In this document: positions 58,001 through 64,000 of the stretch, piece after piece
Position numbering within the stretch: the stretch's first letter is position 1
Layout of the letters: every line of letters starts with the position of its first letter
Origin: a bacterium
GTDB taxonomy: Bacteria > UBA8248
Direction of reading: 5' to 3'
DNA: 64,000 nt
Assembly (NCBI GenBank): GCA_965204535.1
Contig: OZ241996.1
Span: forward strand, 1,312,001 to 1,376,000
Program-made: the position numbers and the translations under genes
The notes under the pieces: generated by a model
The model's database searches: none
Seen by the model: only the letters and a program-made list of their open reading frames with translations
Told to the model about the DNA's origin: nothing

Positions 58001-59713
58001 ATGCGATTCTCACGCGGGTTTATACCCACATTAAAAGAAGCGCCCGCTGATGCGGAAGTCGTCAGCCATAAACTGATGGTACGGTCGGGCATGATTCGCC
58101 GCCTGGCGGCCGGGGTATACACGCTTTTGCCCCTCGGCGTGCGCGTGCAGCGCAAAGTCGAACAGATTTTGCGCGAGGAGTTGAATCGCGCAGGCGCACA
58201 AGAGGTTTTCCTGCCAACGCTGAATCCCGCAGAGCTTTGGCGAAAAACGGGACGGTGGGAAGTGTACGGCAAAGAATTGCTCCGCTTGAAAGATCGCCAT
58301 GAGCGTGATTTTTGTCTGGGTCCCACACACGAGGAGGTAATCACCGATCTGGTGGCGCGCGAAGTGAGGAGTTATCGGGAACTGCCTCTCAACCTGTATC
58401 AGATTCAAACGAAATTCAGAGATGAGATAAGGCCCCGCTTCGGCGTCATGCGAGGGCGGGAGTTTACGATGAAGGACGGCTACAGCTTTGATCGAGACGA
58501 GGCGGGTGCGGAGCAAAGCTATGAAGAAATGGTGCAAGCCTATACCCGGATATTTCGGCGTTGTGGTTTGAAGTTCAGCGCTGTGGAGGCGGATTCAGGT
58601 GCTATTGGCGGGAGTTTTTCGCATGAGTTCATGGTCATGGCCGATACAGGTGAGGAAGCGATCACCGTTTGTGATTCGTGCGCGTACGCAGCGAACGTCG
58701 AAAAATCGCCGGTATCTTTGAAGTTACCCGAGACCGAAGAAAGCGAGCTTAAAAAAGTTCATACTCCCGGCGCCCATACGATAGAGGAGGTTGCCGAATT
58801 TTTTTCTTTGCCTCCATATCGCATGGTGAAAACTCTTTTGTATGTTGCGGATGGTGAGCCGGTGGCGGCAATGATTCCAGGCCACAGGGATTTGAATGAA
58901 ATCAAACTGAAGAATGCGCTTGATGCGGTGGATATAAAGCTTGCTGACGCCGAGACGGTAGAGGAGCTCACCAATTCCGAAGTGGGTTTCGCAGGCCCTG
59001 TAGGCTTGTCGAATGTCCGACTCGTCGCCGATTACGCCATTGAAAATAGAGGCGGGCTCATTGTCGGGGCGAATCAAACAGACTATCACTACACGGGCGC
59101 GCGCGAGGGTCGTGATTTTGAGGCAAGTGAATTTGCAGACCTTACCGTTGCCCAGGAAGGAGATGCTTGTCCCAGTTGTAAAGCGGAGCTCAGCATCAGG
59201 CGCGGGATCGAAGTGGGGCATGTCTTCAAACTGGGTTGTAAGTATTCCGAATCCCTGGATGCTACCTATCAGGATGAGAGTGGCGAGACGCACACCATCG
59301 TCATGGGTTGTTACGGCATTGGCGTGGGCCGCACAGTGGCGGCAGCCATAGAGCAGAACCATGATGAGGACGGCATTATCTGGCCGACTCCCATCGCTCC
59401 ATATCATGTGGACATCATTCCGGTGAGAGTGGATGATGAAACCATGAAAGTTTGCGATGGCATATACGATTCGCTCGAGTCCGCAGGGCTGGATGTTGCG
59501 CTTGATGACAGGGATGAGCGCCCGGGTGTGAAATTCAAGGATGCCGACCTTATCGGTTTTCCCTATAAGATAGTCGTCGGACCAAAGAGGCTCAAGGAAG
59601 GAAAAATCGAGTTGAAATCGAGGAAAACAGGGGATACACAATTTGTGGCGATAAACGAGGCTGCATCTTTTCTCAAAAATCTGATTTCCGAAGAAATGGA
59701 TTTCGTCGGATAA
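58001..59713 (+). CDS. proS: Proline--tRNA ligase (with INS editing domain)
   Basis: GPTHEE, KFRDEIRPRFGVMRGREF, GIEVGHVF, MGCYGIG, DADLIG. Confidence 0.97.
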   Translation: MRFSRGFIPTLKEAPADAEVVSHKLMVRSGMIRRLAAGVYTLLPLGVRVQRKVEQILREELNRAGAQEVFLPTLNPAELWRKTGRWEVYGKELLRLKDRHERDFCLGPTHEEVITDLVAREVRSYRELPLNLYQIQTKFRDEIRPRFGVMRGREFTMKDGYSFDRDEAGAEQSYEEMVQAYTRIFRRCGLKFSAVEADSGAIGGSFSHEFMVMADTGEEAITVCDSCAYAANVEKSPVSLKLPETEESELKKVHTPGAHTIEEVAEFFSLPPYRMVKTLLYVADGEPVAAMIPGHRDLNEIKLKNALDAVDIKLADAETVEELTNSEVGFAGPVGLSNVRLVADYAIENRGGLIVGANQTDYHYTGAREGRDFEASEFADLTVAQEGDACPSCKAELSIRRGIEVGHVFKLGCKYSESLDATYQDESGETHTIVMGCYGIGVGRTVAAAIEQNHDEDGIIWPTPIAPYHVDIIPVRVDDETMKVCDGIYDSLESAGLDVALDDRDERPGVKFKDADLIGFPYKIVVGPKRLKEGKIELKSRKTGDTQFVAINEAASFLKNLISEEMDFVG

Positions 59714-59817
59714 TTTATGAGATTCTCGGATTCTTCTTCGAAAAGGATTTTGGATTTCCTTATCAAATGTTGGTCGCGTCCGGGGTTTAGGGCGAGGGAA
59801 AAGCAAAAATAGAAAAC

Positions 59818-59847
59818 TTGACGTTTTCGGGCCTGTGCATTTATATT
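59818..59847 (+). promoter_or_regulatory. Putative sigma70 promoter upstream of the small-ORF/tRNA/tilS unit
   Basis: TTGACG (59818-23), 18 nt, TATATT (59842-47), A-rich upstream. Confidence 0.5.
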
Positions 59848-59890
59848 CTGCTCCTGTAGCGAGGTGAGTTTTGGAAGGAGATAGTCGAGC

Positions 59891-60082
59891 GTGGCCTACC
59901 AGGGAGTTCGCGAGTGTGCAGTTTGCGCTTGGCGAGAGGGTTGCCGCCTGAAGTATCGCAATGAACCGAACGGAGCGATTTTTTGTCCGGAATTTTCTCC
60001 GGATTTGAAGATACAACAAACCGAATCGAGGGAAATGCCGCCTTCGCCCGAAGGCTTGGAACGGGGAGCAAATGACAAATGA
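59891..60082 (+). CDS. Small Cys-rich hypothetical protein (CxxC-WRxxC...CPEF)
   Basis: AAGGAG SD before GTG; four cysteines in a metal-binding-like arrangement. Confidence 0.65.
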   Translation: MAYQGVRECAVCAWREGCRLKYRNEPNGAIFCPEFSPDLKIQQTESREMPPSPEGLERGANDK

Positions 60083-60234
60083 GACGTGAAATCGAGATTC
60101 TTATTTTGCTCTTTTTGGGGTACCTGTGCTTGATGGTAGGCTTTCGCATGGAAGACATTGGCATACAGGTTTTTTGCTATATTCTCTCGGCCATGTTTTT
60201 TTTCGCCATATTCCGACCCAAGCAGTCTCCCTGA
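60079..60234 (+). CDS. Small two-TM membrane hypothetical protein (51 aa)
   Basis: Not in ORF track. ATGA overlap with the previous stop; MRREIEILILLFLGYLCLMVGFRMEDIGIQVFCYILSAMFFFAIFRPKQSP. Confidence 0.5.
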   Translation: MRREIEILILLFLGYLCLMVGFRMEDIGIQVFCYILSAMFFFAIFRPKQSP

Positions 60235-60247
60235 CGGGGTGCATTCT

Positions 60248-60324
60248 GGCGGCGTAGCTCAACCGGTTAGAGCATACGGCTCATATCCGTAGTGTTGGGG
60301 GTTCAAGTCCCTCCGCCGCTACCA
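60248..60324 (+). tRNA. tRNA with CAT anticodon (most likely elongator tRNA-Met)
   Basis: Acceptor GGCGGCG/CGCCGCT, D-arm TAGCTCAACCGGTTAGAGC, anticodon stem TACGG-CTCATAT-CCGTA, GTTCAAGTC T-loop, encoded ACCA. Confidence 0.95.
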
Positions 60325-60352
60325 TTCCTCGCCACCAGGGGAGGAACTCCCG

Positions 60353-61840
60353 ATGACCTCGGACACCTCGCAAACAAATCCACTTAAAATAAAAAAACGA
60401 TTTGAAGCCAAGGTGAGAAAAGGCCTCCAGAAATCGGCTTATGCGGCCGAGTCTGCCCCTTTGATGGTCGGTTTTTCCGGTGGCGCAGATTCCACGGCTC
60501 TTTTGTTGTCCTTGAAGTCGATCCTGCCGGAATCACAACTCCTGTGTGCCGTTCATATCGAACATGGACTCCGTGGCGGTCTTTCAAAAAAAGATGCTGA
60601 GCATGCTGAGCAGGTGTGTTTGCGACACGATATCGATTTTCGTTGTGAGCACGTTCATGTGTCTCGAACAGCGCAATTGGGTCTTGAAGGAGCTGCCCGC
60701 GAATCAAGGCGCTCGGCCTTCCTGACGATTGCGAAGGAGATGGGCGCTGATACCATCGCGTTGGCCCACAACAGGGATGATCAAGCCGAAACCGTGCTCA
60801 TGCGTTTATTTGAAGGGGCAGGCGTCAGGGGGATGGGAGGTATGAAGTGGAGGACCCCGCTTTCGTCGAAAGGAGAAGATGCGTTCCACATCATCCGGCC
60901 TTTACTGGATTTGTCGCGTGAGGAGATTTTGGAGTACTTGGAGATACTGGGCATCTCCTGGGTCGAGGATGAAACGAATCTGGACGAGAGTCGCCTCAGA
61001 AATCGGATACGCAAAAAAATTATGCCGATGGTTCGGGAGCACTTGGGGGATGCGGCCATTAGCGGAATCGCCAAGAGTGCGGAGATATCGGCCCCGCTTG
61101 TTTTCCTGATGGATGAAATGTCCAAGGAATTGACGGTGAAATTCATCCATAAAGACAACGGGAAACTCGTTGTTTCTCCTTTAGGGGCAGTGAAGGAACT
61201 CGCTCAATCGCTTAGAGCGGAGGTTTGGCGTGCGGCACTTGCAATGCTCAGAGGCGAATCGCCCGCCCAAACCGGCAGACGCGCTCTCCGGGAATGGATT
61301 GAAGGCCTGGATCGCCTGGCAATGGGAGATAAACCCTCGGGTGTGTTGAGTTTGCCGGGCGGCCTGGAAGCGAGAAAGGAATATGACCGCCTTATCTTCG
61401 GGAGTTCCCTTGTTGATTCGAAGTTGCTTGAGGAGAAAAAACTGCGGGTTCCAGGAAAGACGGTTCATCATTCACTAGGCCTTGCGATAGAAGCATCATG
61501 TCATTTTACACATCGTTCAAACGGCGCATGGGAGGTGTGTCTCGACCTGGAAAAGCTGGGGGCGGATGCCTGTATCCGAACCCGGCGTGATGGAGATCGG
61601 TTCCATCCATTGGGACGAACAAAAGCGAAGAAACTCAAGGATTACCTCATAAAGCGGAAAATACCGAAATCCGTAAGGAATCGAATACCTCTCCTGGCCG
61701 TAGGAGGTAAGGTGGCATGGATCATAGGTCATCAGGTTTCAGCGGAATTCGTGCTTGATGGGAATGAGAAGAGGGGGGTTACCCTTAAAGCGTTGCTGGA
61801 GAATGAAGACAGTAAGCTCTTAAGTTCTTTGGGTTATTGA
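60353..61840 (+). CDS. tilS: tRNA(Ile)-lysidine synthetase
   Basis: SGGADS PP-loop, HGLR, AHNRDDQAETVLMRL, IRPLL, DETN, RNRIR, C-terminal KKLKDYLI..KIP. Confidence 0.95.
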   Translation: MTSDTSQTNPLKIKKRFEAKVRKGLQKSAYAAESAPLMVGFSGGADSTALLLSLKSILPESQLLCAVHIEHGLRGGLSKKDAEHAEQVCLRHDIDFRCEHVHVSRTAQLGLEGAARESRRSAFLTIAKEMGADTIALAHNRDDQAETVLMRLFEGAGVRGMGGMKWRTPLSSKGEDAFHIIRPLLDLSREEILEYLEILGISWVEDETNLDESRLRNRIRKKIMPMVREHLGDAAISGIAKSAEISAPLVFLMDEMSKELTVKFIHKDNGKLVVSPLGAVKELAQSLRAEVWRAALAMLRGESPAQTGRRALREWIEGLDRLAMGDKPSGVLSLPGGLEARKEYDRLIFGSSLVDSKLLEEKKLRVPGKTVHHSLGLAIEASCHFTHRSNGAWEVCLDLEKLGADACIRTRRDGDRFHPLGRTKAKKLKDYLIKRKIPKSVRNRIPLLAVGGKVAWIIGHQVSAEFVLDGNEKRGVTLKALLENEDSKLLSSLGY

Positions 61841-61932
61841 TTTGGAGTTTAGCTCGTAGACGGATGGGAAAAATCCTGATAACGTGTTTTCAGGGTTTAG
61901 AGAGCCGCTTACGCGAGAAAAAGGAAGGCATT

Positions 61933-63852
61933 TTGAATCAATTTTACAAGAATTTGGCGCTTTGGCTGATTATCGGGTTGATAATGGTTGGTTTGTTTCA
62001 AGCCTTCAATAGCCCGCGCTCAACCGACCGAACGGTTGTCTACAGCGATTTCCTGCAAGCGGTATCTGATGGACAGGTGACCGAAGTGATCGTCCAGGGA
62101 GACAATATTCGAGGTCGCTACCTGAGCGGCAGGTCCTTTCATACCCATGCTCCCAAAGACCCGAAGCTGATCGACACACTCAGAGCCAAGGGCGTTCGCA
62201 TCACGGCGCAGCCCGTAGAACAAAACTCCTGGTATATGAACATGCTGTTGAGTTGGCTGCCTATGCTGGTGATGCTGGGCGTTTGGATTTTCTTCATGCG
62301 CCAGATGCAAATGGGCGGCTCCAAAGCTCTGTCGTTCGGAAAAAGCAAAGCGCGAATGATGCCCGAATCTGCGAAGAAAAAGATTACGTTCGCAGATGTG
62401 GCCGGTATCGAGGAAGCCAAGGAAGAACTTGAAGAACTCGTTGATTTTCTCCGCGACCCGCAGAAGTTCACGCGCCTGGGCGCGCGTATTCCCAAGGGTG
62501 TCCTGATGGTTGGGCCTCCGGGCACGGGCAAAACCTTGCTGGCGCGGGCCATCGCGGGTGAAGCGGACGTGCCGTTTTTCTCGATAAGCGGATCGAGTTT
62601 TGTGGAGATGTTTGTCGGGGTCGGGGCGTCGAGAGTCCGGGATTTGTTCGAGCAGGGCAAAGCAAATGCGCCTTGCATCATTTTCATCGATGAGATTGAT
62701 GCTGTCGGGCGACACAGGGGCGCCGGCCTGGGAGGTGGTCACGATGAGCGCGAGCAAACGCTCAATCAACTTCTCGTCGAGATGGATGGTTTTGAGTCGA
62801 ATGACGGGGTCATCCTGATGGCAGCGACGAACCGGCCGGACGTGCTGGATCCGGCTTTGCTCAGGCCAGGCCGCTTTGACCGCCAGATTGTCGTTTCCTT
62901 GCCAGATATTAAAGGGCGCTTGGCCATTTTGAAGGTGCATGCCGTAAAGGTGCCGCTCGATGAATCCGTCGATTTGAGTCTCATCGCGCGCGGAACCCCG
63001 CGATTTGCGGGCGCTGACTTGGCGAATCTTTTGAACGAATCCGCACTTCTCGCGGCGCGCCGGGGAAAACAGTCCGTTGAAAACGAAGACTTGATGGAAG
63101 CGAAGGATAAAGTCTTGATGGGCAAGGAGCGGCGCAGCATGGCGCTCAGCGAAAAAGAGAAGAAAAACACGGCCTACCACGAAGCGGGGCACGCCCTTGT
63201 TTCATTACTGATACCCGGGACGGACCCGGTAGAGAAGGTAACGATCATCCCGCGTGGTTTTTCGTTGGGAAGTACATGGTCCTCTCCTCTTGAAGATCGT
63301 TACAGCAACGACAAGACATTTTTAACGAACCAGCTTGCCTGCCTGATGGGTGGACGTGCGGCAGAGATGTTGGTCTTTGAAGAATTGACGACAGGGGCGA
63401 AAGCAGATATCCAGACGGCGACCGACCTGGCGAGAAGTATGGTTTGTGAATGGGGGATGAGCGAAAAACTCGGTCCTTTGGCGTATGGGAAAAAGCATGA
63501 GCAGATCTTTTTGGGCCGTGAAATCTCCCAGCACAGGGATTATAGCGACCAGGTGGCCTTGGAAATTGATAACGAAGTGAAGGATATGGTCTCGTCGAGT
63601 TATGAGAGAGCGTATAAGTTACTCGAGGAAAATCGGGACAAGCTCGATTTGCTCGCCAATGCGCTACTCGAGTATGAAACCATCGATCTCAAAGACATCG
63701 AGTCTTTGATGGAAACCGGGGAGATTTCCAGGAGTCGCAAGCGAAAAGACGGGGTTGGTGAGGGAAAGACCCCTGTCTCTTCTGAACCGGAGGAAAAACC
63801 TCGCGAGGATCCGCAAGGGTCACCGACGGACCTGGCGCCCGGCCAAGCCTAG
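61933..63852 (+). CDS. ftsH: ATP-dependent zinc metalloprotease FtsH
   Basis: (M)[10 protein letters not shown] start at TTG 61933, [33 protein letters not shown]. Confidence 0.97.
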   Translation: MNQFYKNLALWLIIGLIMVGLFQAFNSPRSTDRTVVYSDFLQAVSDGQVTEVIVQGDNIRGRYLSGRSFHTHAPKDPKLIDTLRAKGVRITAQPVEQNSWYMNMLLSWLPMLVMLGVWIFFMRQMQMGGSKALSFGKSKARMMPESAKKKITFADVAGIEEAKEELEELVDFLRDPQKFTRLGARIPKGVLMVGPPGTGKTLLARAIAGEADVPFFSISGSSFVEMFVGVGASRVRDLFEQGKANAPCIIFIDEIDAVGRHRGAGLGGGHDEREQTLNQLLVEMDGFESNDGVILMAATNRPDVLDPALLRPGRFDRQIVVSLPDIKGRLAILKVHAVKVPLDESVDLSLIARGTPRFAGADLANLLNESALLAARRGKQSVENEDLMEAKDKVLMGKERRSMALSEKEKKNTAYHEAGHALVSLLIPGTDPVEKVTIIPRGFSLGSTWSSPLEDRYSNDKTFLTNQLACLMGGRAAEMLVFEELTTGAKADIQTATDLARSMVCEWGMSEKLGPLAYGKKHEQIFLGREISQHRDYSDQVALEIDNEVKDMVSSSYERAYKLLEENRDKLDLLANALLEYETIDLKDIESLMETGEISRSRKRKDGVGEGKTPVSSEPEEKPREDPQGSPTDLAPGQA

Positions 63853-63965
63853 TTTCTCCTTAAATTTCAATTTATGATAGAGCATAGGAGTGCCGCTGAA
63901 TTTTGGCATTCGGGAGACGAACGTCCAAATAGCATCGTGTTGCAGGTGTGGTTTTGAGGGATAAG

Positions 63966-64000
63966 ATGGCTAAGCTCTGTGTGAATGTGGACCACGTTGC
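63966..64000 (+). CDS. pdxJ: Probable pyridoxine 5'-phosphate synthase, N-terminal fragment
   Basis: MAKLCVNVDHVA matches the PdxJ N-terminal L-x-VN-[IV]-DH-[IV]-A motif; only 11 full codons visible. Confidence 0.7.
   Translation, partial: MAKLCVNVDHV

Noticed and set aside
60248-60352. tRNA as an integration site of a genomic island
   Set aside because: No duplicated tRNA 3' end or integrase seen; tilS follows immediately
61837-61932. Longer FtsH start
   Set aside because: The conserved N-terminus [10 protein letters not shown] begins at TTG 61933, preceded by AAGGAAGG

Overview
This window is a mostly housekeeping chromosomal segment of a diderm (LPS-making) bacterium. Gene order resembles Deltaproteobacteria/Nitrospinota-like lineages, which is an inference. 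The first ~12.9 kb is a GC-rich accessory-type block: OsmC fragment, Zn-dependent MDR dehydrogenase, FxsA, GNAT, hisS, CobB sirtuin, a ThDP enzyme, ComEC, an aldo/keto reductase and an MFS transporter. Its intergenic spaces are filled by composite MITE/REP-like palindromic elements. From ~13 kb onward lies a long, mainly + strand core array: aspS, era, rpsU, recO, argS, SPOR, lipA, alaC, hom, apgM-like, lysC, glyQS, ppdK, ribD-E-BA-H, nusB, lptE, holA, rpsT, murJ, xerD, phoH, 7TM-HD, ybeY, lapA, mutS, DUF4390-ntrY-ntrX::lpxC, purMN, lolA, rseP, ispG, proS, tRNA(CAT), tilS, ftsH and the start of pdxJ. The standout observation is one uninterrupted ORF (50869-53001) fusing an NtrX-type response regulator (receiver, degenerate sigma54 AAA+ domain, Fis-HTH) to an LpxC with intact catalytic motifs. 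It lies directly behind its NtrY-type kinase and near a lapA gene that lacks an adjacent lapB. This suggests phosphorelay-coupled control of the committed step of lipid A synthesis. Several other enzyme domains look catalytically degenerate (ApgM-like protein, RibBA cyclohydrolase domain, ComEC MBL domain). No CRISPR array, rRNA or transposase was seen. All calls are from motif recognition by eye; no searches were run.
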